A stretch of 63,063 nt of DNA, the filler included, from Lenisia limosa (taxonomy: Eukaryota; Protista; Breviatea), in assembly GCA_001655205.1 (NCBI GenBank). It is 13 parts of 13 records of this genome, joined end to end, with 100 filler letters (N's around TTAATTAATTAA, not from the genome) between each part and the next. Parts side by side here need not be neighbours in the genome. Positions count along the whole stretch, not along the records: positions 1 to 17,120 come from LPNZ01010259.1; 12 more parts are not named here. One strand, written 5' to 3'. The position numbers and the translations under genes are program-made. Below the pieces are notes generated by a model. It did not search any database, had not been told where the DNA came from, and saw only the letters and a program-made list of their open reading frames with translations. Numbering within the stretch: position 1 is the first letter of the stretch; each line of letters begins with the position of its first letter. Positions 1-13,400 of this stretch are shown piece by piece.

Positions 1-195
1 CAACAGTTCCAAGCCCTCACAATTGAAGAGCAAATTGTTGCCCTCTACTCTTTTGCGGCCAAGAAAGGTGTCTCTGACTACCTCACAAAGAGCACCGCTG
101 CTGTTATCTTGAATGTTAGAGGGCTCACCCAGACATTCAACCTTTGTTTCTTAAATATGTTCTGGAAAGGATTGTGCGTGAAATCTCAAGAATAA
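1..195 (+). CDS. 3' end of a hypothetical protein (QQFQALTIEEQIVALYSFAAKK...KSQE*)
   Basis: Frame 1 is open from the window start to TAA at 193-195 with protein-like composition. No family recognised. Confidence 0.4.
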   Translation, partial: QQFQALTIEEQIVALYSFAAKKGVSDYLTKSTAAVILNVRGLTQTFNLCFLNMFWKGLCVKSQE

Positions 196-320
196 TAGCG
201 GATAGTTTACATATTTGGAAGAGAAAAAATAAACTTATTTGTAGTCAACGAAATACCAGATCTGAATTGAAAACTTATTACAAATTATCCCACATACACA
301 GCATCCTGATGACTTGTAGT

Positions 321-3300
321 CTACAAAGATGGTTCCTGCAACGGTGAAGTCACCCAAAATGGGTTTGAGGAAAGGAAATCTGGCCGCGACATGCATCTGT
401 TATGCCAATTGAAGGGCGTAGTTGAGAGGTGGTAAGGAAGAGACGTAGGAGGGGCATTTACACTCAATGATATAGAGGTTTTTAGTACTAGGGCATCTGA
501 TGACATTGCTACAACATTCCCTTCATCAAATGTATTTAGTGGTGCTGTCACTAAGCCACATCGGACGACCTAACTAAGAAAAAAAAAACGTTCGACATAA
601 CAATTGGGTGATTAGACAAAAATAAAAATTGTATCATGCTGCTATGCTTGCGATAATAAAGAATGACACTAACGTATTCATATTCATACCTTGCCTGAAG
701 TGGAAAACACTGTCTTAATGACCTTTTCGATGCATGTGTACACGGCATTGGGTTCCTTGTCGATACCATGCTTTACTGCTGCATCCATCTTCGTTGTCGC
801 TTCCTTCTTCTTGTTGTCTTCCTTCTTCATTTGTTTTATTTCTTCTTGAAATTCGTGATAACGAGTCTTGATGATTCTAACATGACTATGCTGTTGTAGC
901 CCACTATCAGGTTGAATTTACTGTTACTTTCTCCTTCACTCTGATATGTTTTCTGTACAAGTCGGTGTTCTGCTACTTTACGATAGTGTGTAAATCGGAA
1001 CAAGTCCGAGAGGAAGGACGCTTTCAACCTTCCATGGCGTGAAAGGTGCTAAAGTTCACCACCTTGGGGAGCTTCGATTACATCAAGGGGAGTAAACTTG
1101 CACAGGTTTATGAATGATGACACAAGAATACAAGTATTCTCAGTTGATCGACAACACTGACAACGTGGTGATGAAAAGCAGCAAAAGGAAGCGGTTTGGT
1201 GGTTCATTTTCGCTTGGGCTTAGCTTGGTCTTGTGGGGGCGGCTCAACAAACGGAGAATCTTCGGGAGACGACGGAAGCAGTTCGACAAGCAGACGATGC
1301 GTAAGAGACGTCAAGACGAGCCTAAATAGACAATAAAAAGGGAAGCTGAGGTCATAACTCACTATACCCAGTACAATATCCCCCAACCAAATAAACAAGT
1401 ACGACGATAGGTGCCTGCTGGCGCTGACACAGGTCATGAGAGCCTTCTGTAGCTGTCTTAATGAAGTGAAACGAAGGCATATCAAATAATGCAATAAAAT
1501 TTCATGACAATTCAAATACCAAGAAAAGGTAATACTATATTATTAATATGGCAACACACAGGGTACATATCATATTTTATGTAGATACATTATATGATAT
1601 ATAGTAGTATATCATATCATTATTATATTACATTAGTATATGATATCGTGTACAAAAGAACATAGTATGGTATAGTAATATATTTCATTATGATACGACA
1701 TTAAGGCAGTTATTTTCTGAAAACATACGCTTTCAGGCGAATGCCGTGACCATTCAGGACGTAAGCCATCTTAAGGGCGTTTTTATCGGCTTCAGCACGA
1801 AGTTCCAAAATAATTGACACAATGTTGGTGATTTCTGAAACAGTCAAGAGGTAAAAAGCTGTTTGAGGAGCTCAGTTATATCATCTCAGTAAATCAAGAA
1901 CAAACAGAGGTCATACGAAAAAAATCCACTAAAAAGAAAATACAAAGGTGGTTGACGGGGTGACTGTTTGCAAACCTAGTACGTCAGCATTCTCAAGAAT
2001 GGCCGGGAGCTTTTGTAGAGAGTCCAAAAATGTTTAAAACTTGCCGAAGTGCTCCTTGGGATCAGGATGATCAAGATTCTAATGGTGAAAGAGTGGGATT
2101 GAATCATTCAAACAAGAGTACACATACATGTAAGTAAATAAAAAAAAACAGTTACAAACCTGCAAGCTGTTAACGTCTTTCAAGTGAGCAATGGATGAGC
2201 ACTCCATCTCAGCGTTCAAAGAGTACTCGTCGCACACATTGGCAACTGAAAGCACTTTGGTATAGTTTCTCGAAAACTCCAGCTGATTGACTTTTCCAGT
2301 CTCCTTGAACTCCGTATACCTCTTTCTGATTGGCCAATTGACTTTCTCCGCCAGTTTTCTGAGCTGATCTTGAGGGCCAATTTCTGAATTACCAGAAGGT
2401 TGGGTCTTTTCAAAACGAGTGACTCTCCGAAGACAGGGGAAGGAGGGAAGGTTTAAAAGACTGGCTTTTGGGATGGTCATAAGAGGGGATTCATCCAGAG
2501 GTTCGGCTTGGTCAGTGCTGAGGTGAGATAGAAAAGGGACATCAAATATTGGAGGTCCTGGAATCGAGTGTTGTTTGGGTAGCATTTCGTTCCTGGGAAT
2601 AGAATCATTGATATCCATGAGGTTACTATCCTCATCCGTCGCATTTGAGATATAATCGTCATTATCGGAGGAGGTTTTTAGCGAGATGGACCGGACATGA
2701 ACGGTGTCATTTTGCTTACATAGACCTCTCAGAAGCATGATGAGCTTTGATCCGCCCATCGTTTTGATGGCGGAGGCAAACTCGTGCATAGACTGTGAGT
2801 GGGGAGGAGAAAGGTTGAGAACGGAGAGAGTAAGTTCATGCTGAAGTGGGAAATTGTGGGCGAATGATGTTGGTGGTGGTTGAACTGCAAGAACAGCAAG
2901 CATGTCTGCACACTCGGCATTGCTCATGACTTTTGCAAAATTTGCAACTGTGGCCAGGAAGAGCATACTTGCAGCATTGTTCTTGGCATATTCCTCCTTA
3001 ATGTGTTCCTCAAGCCTTTCCACGAAAGTGACGTCAATATCAGACTTGAGAGCCATTTCGTGCCGACTCTACATTGCAAATTTCCTAAAATCAACAGAGG
3101 ATGATGGTGAACGTTCGGTTGTGTCAGGTGGTGGTGGCGGTGGAAATGAAGACGAAATCTCATCCTTGAAGAAGGAGAGCTGTGTGGCATTACAATTTTG
3201 GCAGTTATACCTTCCGGCTTCCGCATATTAAGGCATGCTGAAGACCTTGGTGGGGCTTCTCCCATTGGTGGTGTGCCGTCTCTAGTGTGGGTTGTATTCT

Positions 3301-4200
3301 ACGACACATACTTCATCCTTTTGTCATTGAGTCCCAAGCAGGGAGGTAGGAGTTGGTTAGATGTAAGGTGGAAGGCATTTAATCCTAACGATTGAGGTGG
3401 GGTACAAATGTCGGAGTCATATGTGGCAACTATTTGCGGAGGTTCTGATTCAAAAACACATGCAAATACTTCTGAAGGAAGCAGCACAAAGGCTAATTAA
3501 GAAAAGAAAAAGAAAACCGAATAGGATGAATTCAGTTTCCTGCGAATATTATTGCTTACGTGTCAGTTCTACTTATAAGTAATAGATTCATACCAAAGCA
3601 TTCACAGGTCTTTGTAACAGGTGCCTCTTTTGCTGTTCTTGCAATAGTAACATTTGAGCCTCCAAGCGATGTAGAATCTGGAAAAGCTAAATGTACCAGA
3701 TTGGAAAATAAAATTATCCCCACTTTCACATCGTCTGTTGATTTTCTTCCGACAAATAGAACACAGATGGCAGCCGTTAGTCATATAGCATAGCAACTGT
3801 GACTCGGAGCAAAAAAAACTGTACTTATCCGAAATGACATATAATACTATGTATAGCTACATGTCATACTTTGGATCAAATATCGAGGCAAAGAGACCCA
3901 CCTTGTTAGAGTTCTGGAGCGAGAGTGTTCTAAATGCCTCTTCCTCTCACGCTTTTTTCAAGCATAACGTTCTTCTTCTGTTGCTTTCCTTTCTTCTCTA
4001 TTTCTTCTTCTTTCCTTTCTTTCCTAATAACCCGTCATTCTTTGAACTAAAGTGAAGATTAGAGACATCATCATATCACTTTTGGCCACTATTCAAAGGT
4101 TTGAATATTCATTCTCCTCAACATAGTGATATAATATCTCATTTTTAACTCAATAAATCGACAAGTCTCAATAGGTCCTCGTACACCTTCCCTTCATTCA
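321..4200 (-). CDS. Hypothetical multi-exon protein; may be more than one gene
   Basis: A 325-aa ORF (2079-3056) plus shorter open segments with GT/AG borders at about 3090-3190, 690-880 (IKTRYHEFQEEIKQMKKED...) and 321-551. The exon joins are not resolved. Confidence 0.4.
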
Positions 4201-4999
4201 CCATTTCGACTCAAAAGGACAAAAGAGGAAAACAAATGTGCCAATTGTCTAAGCCACAAGAAAAATGACTGATTTTTGAGACAAAATGCCATAATTATTA
4301 CAAGCATCCTGAGAAATTCTAAATTACCATTGAGACTTGTCGGTCAGTTGATATAAGGTATAAAAAAATAACGTGGTTGACTCAAAAAGTGAAAAAAAAA
4401 TGGTTATAAAGAAAAAAAAAGGAAGGATAAACATAATAAATGACTAAAAAGAGGGTCATGTGCAAANNNNNNNNNNNNNNNNNNNNNNNNGAAGTCGAAG
4501 ACAACCCACTAACCAACAATAAAAGGTCCAAGGAAAAATAGCGAACCAGGCTTCCTAGTATTGTCTTCTAAAATGGTAAGAATACATAAAAAGGGGGGAA
4601 ATGACGAAAGGTGGCTAAAAAGACCTAAACTAGCCGCTGAAAGTGGAATTCGCCCTTATGGCACTCACTTATATACGCTCAATATTCTATATAAACCCCC
4701 CAGTGCCATTTTGGTTCACAATTCTGGTTGGGGGCGCCCGACTGTGGGGGGGGTCAGTCCCCTGGGAGTCCCCACCAGGGGGCCGTCGATGAGGGGTAAC
4801 CAGGCATGATTTTTTTTTTGACATCAGGTGACATCATGTGACATCAGATGATTATTTTTTACGAATTTTTCTTGTCTCTAATTTGGTATTCTTCAAAGTA
4901 TTCCGTTATAAAAAGGGTATAAAACCATTCTAACGAGTATGATTACCAGTAAAGTCGTATCGTCTTTAAAACAGCCCCAAATTTACTTCCTTTTTCACT

Positions 5000-7900
5000 T
5001 TCCTGTCACTTTGCTGAATAAACCTGGCTTAAATAGTTTTAAGTAAAGAACTCACAAGTATTTCCTTGAGTTTCCAGATAGCCCAAACATCTCAAATTGT
5101 GATGGCAATTTGGTTGGAAACCATATATAGATACACTATTTCAATGCTTCATCAGTCCAACTTTGGATAGCAAAGCGACAGGGAAGTAAAAAGTCCGGCT
5201 TAAAGAGTTCTAATTTACTGAGGACGCGACTCAGATGGTAACAAAACTTGTTGAAATAATGTTTTCTCTATATTACTGCGGAATACTAAAAATAATGCCA
5301 AATAAAGAGATATAATTTTTCAAAATAATTTTCATAATCATGGAAAATCATTGACATCAAGAATAATGGGTCAGCTCGCCACGGGGTAGTGCCCTAAGGG
5401 TAAAATACTATAATTATGGTCTCGTACAGAATTTTATCGTTTACGGTTTCAAAGTCTCTATCAACGGTTTTAGTTAGTCAGTGTATTTATTATTGTAAAT
5501 TCGGTAAGCGGTAGGCAATTTACCATCACAGTCTCGAAATCAACGCACTCTGGTTCACCCCCTCAAGAGTTCCGTTCTATTCCGGTATAAAAACACTTAA
5601 GTTTGCTTTAAATACTCTTGTAAGCGGCGTCAGACCTTCATATTTATGTTTTCATGTACATCTTACCATTACAAATGCAAATAGGGCCAATATAAAACGA
5701 ATCACTGGAAACTTCTTTTTGCGCGCCTTTTCACCCACAATTCAAGTTCATACTACTCTACTTGTCAAAATGAAAAGTTTCAAAAGGGTGCTGTTTATCG
5801 ATCGTCAACTGATGATTATCCCAAGGTCACATACCCTTATTTACGAGCACTCTTCAATACTACAAACNNNNNNNNNNACAGGTTGGTTGATGTATTAGTA
5901 CCCGATCCCATTCATACCGGGACCGATGCGTTGCTGCAGGAAGGGGAGAAGTAGGAGGGTGGACTCGGCACTTGAAACGAACATAGCCGAGATGATCCTA
6001 CCCCTCTTTGAGACCACCGTAAAAGGTGCCCGGCCCTCATTGGCTGGGTAGCGCTTGTGGATGCAGCTGAAGTTCTGAAGTTGTAAGAAGAAAAGGCCTA
6101 ATATGTGTAGATATATACCTTTTTGGAGGAGTAGGCAGGGTCGGGTTGCAATGCCTTGAACCGCGGAGGCAGCAGGGTGTCAAACCCAAACAGTTGGTTT
6201 CCATCAAAATAGCGTCCAGGGAGCAGGGAAAGGGTTTTCCGCGCAGCATCGATCTATGCTGTCAGTTTCGAATATGAAGATACAAAGCTGTGTGCACGGA
6301 GCTGTAAGGCAAATGATTGGGTGAATTAGTTCTGCCAGAGATACTTCCTTGTTTTAATCACACCTCATCACCACAAAGATTAGGCTTTAGTAGCTGCTCC
6401 ACCGGCATTCTGGATGAGAGCGCATCGGTGATCATCCTGTGCTTCGTCTCAGGAGTGTCAACATACTGGCTAAGAGTCTGTAGGAGTTCTAGAATCTAAA
6501 CAATTACATTGTACACAAGAAATCATTGTTAGAACGATTTCAGTCTGATCAGCAGATGATGCATTAGAGCTGAATCTTCTAAAATTCATTGTTCAGTTCG
6601 TAACTTCAGCAAAAAACAAAACTGGTTAAGTGTGCAATATTGATCAACAGGTGGGGTTCAAATGTATCCTTCTATCGACTCGTGATTTGAATATCTGCTC
6701 CCAAATATTAGTGATATTTCCCCTCAGATAGTGTCCCACCTCCTGAGAGCTCTTCGGTACCTCAACAACCTTTCCGTCCGGCGATTCGATTCTTCTTGTC
6801 TAAGAAAGTAAAAGGGATAAATGCGTTTAGACTTAATCTTTACCTGAAGAGTTCGGCTAATAACATCATCTATGCCGGTCCTGACAAGATTCCTGACTTC
6901 CTGAGGGTGGAGGAGGACTTTTTGGTGAAAGGGAACCCTGTAGTGTAAGTGTAAAAAACAATTCAACACCAAAACTGGAAAAAAAAACGCTTCTTCATTG
7001 TTCAACTTTTCAGAAACTCCACAAACATTTTTCTCGGGGGGTTGGAGCTGAATACAGGGGTGTCGAAGTCCGAAAGATTGCGAACTCCAATTTTGGTGCA
7101 GTCTGCCGAGATGCTCTCGAGCTCGTCATCATTGTCGGGACTGAGGCGACCAGCAGTGATCGGATGTCGTCTTCACAGAGGTGAAGGAAGAGGTGGTGGC
7201 AATCCTCTAATGTTAAATAACTGTCGGACAAACGCTGAGGTATTGAGCTGAGGGTCGGCGGTCCGAACCCATGTTGTTCAGGGCGGCGGTAAAAGGCAAC
7301 AAGCCATGACAAGCTTCAGCGAAGGACCTTGTGAAGGCCTTGGACGGCCTGACGCGCAGTATGCCGATCGACTTACCGGAGAGGAAGTTCCAATGGTGGC
7401 AACGTGTGCAGGCTTGGTTGAGAGCTACAGAATTAAATATAATAGAATAAATATATCGATATGTAATACAGTATAATACATATCATATCAAATAACAATA
7501 TAATATAAAATTTACTTAAATGTGATGATTTAATCTCGCCAAATTTTACATCACGAGGTATTTCTCATTTATTTCCCCAAGATATCATACACACATCTCT
7601 ATAGTTTGAGTTTCCCGTTACAATATTCACCAAAATAGAGGATGGTGTCTAACGTTACAACAAACATAATAACCAATTCGGGTGAACCCTCGTGCTCCAT
7701 TCATCATATCGACTCGAAAGCCGGTCATATGCTCATATCCACTACATATGATTTTGTTCAGTTCCAAAACTCACATTTGACAGCCCTGTGTCTGACATTA
7801 TTGAAACCATAGACGTCAACGTGTACCATTGTTGGTTCTGAAGAGTATTACAGAATGATACTTCAACAAGTAGACAAACAGGTATCCTGGAATTAAAACA

Positions 7901-9700
7901 GCAGGTATCGTGCGGATGATCAAGAAATAGTTCTAAAAGGATAAAGCGAAGCGCGTGCATAACTCCAAAGCAAAATCACAACTCACCGGAGCCAACAGCA
8001 TCATCCCATTTCCACATGGTGATCTCCTCTTCAGCAGTGGATCAACAGTCCACTTTTCTATTGGCATGCCTTTACGGTAAAGTGTGAATAATTATACATA
8101 ATGTATTATTAATGCGTTCATCAAAACAATTGGGAAATTTAACACAATACTTCTGCAGCCCAGTAGTTTAGTATTTCTCGAAAGCCAACCCAAAGGACCC
8201 AAAGTACCTGTACGAAAATGATAAGGGGAAGGGAAATGATCTGGCTGACCATCGTCACATCGTCACCACCATAGTACTCTTCAAATTGGATGACTTCCTG
8301 TTCAATGGCCCGAAGTCCAGCGGTGTTCACAACCCCAAATTTTACAGAAGCATTTGGTTGTACCTTTAGTCCTGTTGATGGGAAATAGGGTGTCAATGGA
8401 AACAGAGAGCTTGCAATGAAACACTGTTCCATATCACACAACTTTCATAAAACACCAGCAGAACAAAAGAAAATGAACAAAATTCAAGAAAAGAGTTATG
8501 GGAACAATTGCCTGTGAAGTGTTAGCACCCTCTTTCGCATTTGAGACATAGAGTTTTTCATAAAAAAACTCCTGCTCTTAGTTCAGTTTCATATCACATT
8601 AAAGCAATGTACTTTTTAAACCTACATATTAAAAACACCGGAAAATTTTTTATCAAAAAACTCATAATATGATATATCATTCATCATATACTCTATAAAT
8701 ACAGTAACAATTCAAAAAGCAAAATAGATGTACATCTCCACAGCAAACATGAACCAATTATTGAAGCAAATTTTACAACCATCCAACCTATCACAGAATC
8801 AAGGTTTGTGAATGGGGAAGACAATTTGACTTTCAGTGCCGCTAACTTGCATAACAAGCAGCTGGTTAAATCTAACAGGTTAGTTTTAACAATAACTATG
8901 AAGTTGTAGTAATTAGATGTATAAAATCCAAGATACTTCTTTTAAAGTGTCTCATTTCAATATCACATTTTGTGGGTCATTTTCACACGTGTGAACTACG
9001 TAGTTCTATGCGATAAAACTCAATGAAACTTGGATACTCGGGATGAACACCCACTGGAACTCGGATACTCGGGATGAACACCCGTTCTGTCCCCGTTCAT
9101 CATTTCGACTCAAAAGTCGGTCATATGATCATGATGTCACCCACAGATATGGATTTACATATATTAATACTTATTATGAATGTGGCACAGGTTCAATGAA
9201 TTCTGTTGCAATCTTGATATGATTACACATCTTGGAGCAAGTGGCAGCTTAGGAGAATAAGCGAAGTAAATCGAATTACATACCAACGATTTCCTGTGGG
9301 CGCTCGACAATGAAAGGTGCCAAATTGGGATGGCAGGCAGTGCAGATTGAACAGTCCTCGACCGAGCCATTTACCTCAATGTGGCTGAGGTACACGACAG
9401 TAGCCTCATTCTGCAACATTAGGAGGATGCTCCGATGGATTCGCTGAATACATACCGTTCTGGTGTGTCGTCCACCCGGAGTTGTAAACCTCATGGCAAG
9501 AGTGCCTGGGCTGACATGGCAATGGCCAAGCAAAGCCTGGTCATACTCCCGTGTAATTCCTTAATAAAAGTCAGCAATCCCTTCACTGACAACAAAGGAC
9601 AGTACCCTTTTCCAAGAGAGTCTTGCCTTGGATGGATGACGGAATGCGGTGGGAAAGTTCGGGAAAGCGGTCAGTTGCCGGTGCAATAGGAACAGAATTC
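5000..9700 (-). pseudogene. Degenerate intron-containing DDE transposase, MULE-like, copy 1
   Basis: Spliced segments GMPIEKWTVDP, ELFLDHPH, ALNQACTRCHHWNFLSGKSIGILRVRP, LEDCHHLFLHLCEDDI, YFDGNQLFGFDTLLPPRFKALQPDPAYS and FTVVSKRGRIISAMFVSSAESTLLLLPFLQQRIGPG. Several recur in paralogues at 12-13 kb, 31 kb and 46 kb. Stops are present. The transposase assignment is by recalled motif resemblance and the outer limits are uncertain. Confidence 0.55.
8982..9160 (+). repeat. Repeat family C. Others at 4196-4218, 7675-7750, 20830-20920(-), 57118-57203
   Basis: Shared TTCATCATTTCGACTC(G/A)AAAG(T/C)CGGTCATATGATCA core. The 5' palindrome TCACACGTGTGA is present in two copies. Confidence 0.8.
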
Positions 9701-10286
9701 CGTAAAAGTGACTCTTGTACCTTTTTTTTTGTGAAAACTACCCACAGAGAGGATAAAAAGAAGCTAGATAGGTGTACAAGTTGGAAACTACACAACATAT
9801 ATATTTCATCAGGAATAAGGACCCCCGTTCCTACTTCAAATTTAGGGCGTTTCGCCTTTTTGGAGTCTGAGGGACTCTTTTCTTTCTCTCCTATATTAGA
9901 CGAAGTAACTGATCAGTTCAAGTTCCATTCAAGGACAAAATAATTTCGACAAACCATTATCTTTTTTAAGCTACCAATCATACTGATATACTGATGAAGC
10001 GACAAAGATACAGGAAATAAAAGGACAGAAGGGGAGAGCAAACATACCGGCATGACACAGAAGAGGTTTTGATCACAGTGTTGTGCTATGTTTTTAAAAA
10101 ACTAAATAAAAAAGGCACCAATCAAAGAAAAGACAGGATAAAAAGAAGAAGGAGTTGAAGTAGCTGTAATTAGTAAACTTGCAGCAAACTTGCAATTCCT
10201 GTAATGCAAGTTTATATCCAACAGGCATTGTTTGGACTAGGTATGTAGTCGGAGTTTCCCCCTTGGGTTGACCTTTTAATGTAAAA

Positions 10287-12258
10287 ATGTGTCTTTCTCT
10301 CTTTGATTCTCACCAGGAAGGGTTGGTGCAGTCAATCTCGTTTGATTTTTATGGAAGAAGAATAGGTTCAACATTTTTGACTTTATTTGTTACTGCACAC
10401 AGTAGCGGAGTTGCAGTTGTCTGGGATCAAATAAACTCAATTTGGAAAATTTCAGCATGTTTAAGAGTGATTGCATTGTTGTTTCATAAAGGGCCATGGA
10501 GGAATCGTGTATGACGCATCATGGGCTCACCCAAAGTTTGGTCCAATAATTGCCACTGGTTCTTTTGATCAATCTATTATAATCTGGGAAGAATTAAGTA
10601 GTTTTTCTGATTATTTCATCTGGGGTTCTTTGTGGAGTGAAATGGATACCCAAGACTACCATTTGTGATTCCTCAAGCTGGATTAACCAGGTTAAGTTTG
10701 CGCCTGCAGAATTTGGGCTTCTTCTGGTTGGTTGGGTGTATCCTTCCTATATCTCCAGTGTATCTCCAGTGTATCTCACTATATTAAATATATTTGTGTT
10801 ATAATATGCCTGCCTACTTCTCCTTTGGAGAGCTCTGATGAGTTTTTTTAAAAAAGGTAGTCTCTTTCTTCTGCTTAAACATCGTCATTGAGTCATTAAC
10901 ATTAGAATATTAGAAGAAGGGGATTTAAAAGCAGTAAAATTAGAAAGAACTAATTCAACAATAGCCTTCTTATATTAAGGTAGTGGTCGAAGTCCCCAGG
11001 GTCACATAAGATGAGTAACCTGGTTTTCACTAAATTGTAGTCAGTAATTTTATCTATTTTTGATGTCTTGGGACCGTAAACTAAAGATTCAGGTCCAGAG
11101 AAAACATGGAGAAATTCGAAAAAAGGCCCGCTAGGAATAGTTAATTATTCAGTAATATAATGGTTACAACAAGACTAAGCCTCTTCGTGAAAACCCCCGT
11201 CAATCCGAAGAGCTGGGAAACGCTGACACCAAGGGTCTATTTGTTACGTGAGACCCTCAATTGTACAAAAGCAATTTATTAGCTTTGATTCTGATACTGG
11301 TAAGCAGATCCAATTAGTGATGGCTGTGATTATCGTCATGTATCTGTTCTAATTTGCTAGAGGGTGCCAAGATGAATTACCACCTACCTCAGACAACAAG
11401 GTTTTTCTTGAAAAGCTAGTCTTGAATTGGATAATGTCTCAAGTGTTCGGTGTGATTGTGTAGGGTTTCATCACTTCTGGGGCAATGTATCGTTTTTGTT
11501 TTCTTGCTCTTCTCTTGTATCCTGCCTCTTCTCTTCACCTACTGCTTAATAATGAATTACTGTGAATTTTTACAATGTCCACGCTTTAAGTGCGCGGTTT
11601 CTCTACCTTCCTCTTTTTGACGCTTCTTTAGGACTGGTGCAAGGGGCCACAGATATGGATATTTTGTATCTCCGACAGATTTCTGACAGATCTTTCGCAG
11701 ATATCCCACCAAAAATTTGATATTTTTTCAATCTCCAAAAGCGTCAAAAATATTGTTGTTGAAGACAATATTTTTGACAAGTTTCGGAAAATCAGATTCA
11801 CGAGCCAGATCTCCGACAGATCTAAAAAAAAAAAAAAAAAANNNNNNNNNNNNNNNNNNNNNNNNNNNNNNNNNNNNNNNNNNNNNNNNNNNNNNNNNCC
11901 TGGACTGGTGCTCCAATCGTGAGGACTTGCTGTCTCCTCTTCATATCTGGGAAGTCAAGGAGAAGAGATTTGTATTGTATCGATGGATTGCTGTGGAGTA
12001 TTTTGGTATATGGGTCGTTCTGCTCTCCCCTCTCCTGTGTTTTGCGAGTAATCTGTTATTCTCTTGCTTTGAGAAGTTCTGCATCACTTATAATACAAGT
12101 AATGAAATTCAACTTGGTGTCGGGCGGGTGTCTTATTGATATAATTATTTAGAACTGGCTCTTTATTACCCTTGCTAGGTATTTACCTTAAAGAAATCAA
12201 CCGAAACATAACATTCTATTTCCAGACTACACTACAGATTTGGAGAGAGATCTGGTAA
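10287..12258 (+). CDS. SEH1: SEH1-like WD40 nucleoporin / GATOR2 subunit (Sec13/Seh1 family), multi-exon
   Basis: Exons give SISFDFYGRRI, GHGGIVYDASWAHPKFGPIIATGSFDQSIIIWEE and KWIPKTTICDSSSWINQVKFAPAEFGLLL, which match Seh1 better than Sec13. The 3' exons (LQIWRE) are less certain. Confidence 0.8.
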
Positions 12259-12289
12259 TGTGACGAAACGGCATGGCCTCAACATCCAC

Positions 12290-13400
12290 AATGTTGTGCA
12301 TCGTAATCTTGTGCGTAGTGTTCTCGGTCGTGGCGGCAATGGCTTCCATGATTTCCATTGGTTTCATAAAATCGTCGTCATCATCCTCCGACTCATGCTT
12401 GTCAGCAAATGATTGGGTGAATTAATATTATTCTATAATGTAATGCAATATCTCTTATAAGCGTGCGTGATGGTGTGGACGGCTTCGTCCAGATACAACC
12501 TTCTTTTTTATTTCTCATTGCTGTATATTAAGAGCTTTAAGATACCCTCCTTTTCATGGACGATATTATCAATCTGAATCAACTTGGGATCAAACCCATC
12601 AGGAGTGTAGCCACAGTCTCTTTGAGACTATGTATCACATCTGAGGTTGGATTTTTCAAAGATTTAGCCAATATCATCGCCATTTCAGATTCTAACGTCC
12701 CTCTAATGCATAACCTTCTTGAATTGATTGACATATACATATTTATCGAGTTCATTCCGTTGTGTTGCATTCACTTTTGAGTGATAAATACTATCCGCAA
12801 CCTAAATGCGTGAAAGAACAGGTTAACAAACTTGTAAGAAATGAGATGTAAGAGGGGTCTCAATTCAAAATATTGCTACACTTCTTGCAAAGGCTGAACA
12901 AAGAACCTGGTGTTGAGTTTATGTAAATATTAATTGCTTACCTCTGGGCCAATTCTAAAAGTTAGTTTGAGAACAAGGTGCATGGAGAGGCCTGAGAGAG
13001 GCTTTTTTTGAACTATATTTTCAAAATATACAAATGAAAAACCGGAGGGGGATTAACAACGTTTTATCCATGACATTATTAACGGAGAAAAAGGTAAAAA
13101 CTAATTGAATTTCCCTCAAATTTGAAACAAGCCAATTATAACACTGTTTTAAGTTGGATAACAACAAGTTGACTTGTAAAGTGAAACAAAAGTGGCTTTG
13201 ATGTCCATGTGTTCCAAAAGAAAGATGCTAAAACACTCTCACTTTGACTAAATATGATTAGGATACTAGGGAATTGAATCTTTAGTAAAGAATCTAAGAA
13301 AATGCAACTTGTGTCAACTTTATACTTCCTTTCTGAGTTCCGCCTCTTATCATTTGCAAATAACTTTATGAGGAACAATTGTTTTGAGCGTTTAGAGCGA
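12290..13400 (-). pseudogene. Degenerate MULE-like transposase, copy 2 (C-terminal part)
   Basis: ILAKSLKNP and SQRDCGYTPDGFDPKLIQID align with ILSASLKEP and SQLDCGYSSKGFDPNLITIE at 31.3-31.5 kb. RIGPE matches RIGPG of copy 1. Confidence 0.55.

Noticed and set aside
7010-7312. Protein kinase C-lobe (DRRPSAQ resembling RPTA) here and at 46 kb
   Set aside because: No other kinase motifs are present, and the flanking exons fit a transposase-like family shared with the 12 kb and 31 kb copies.
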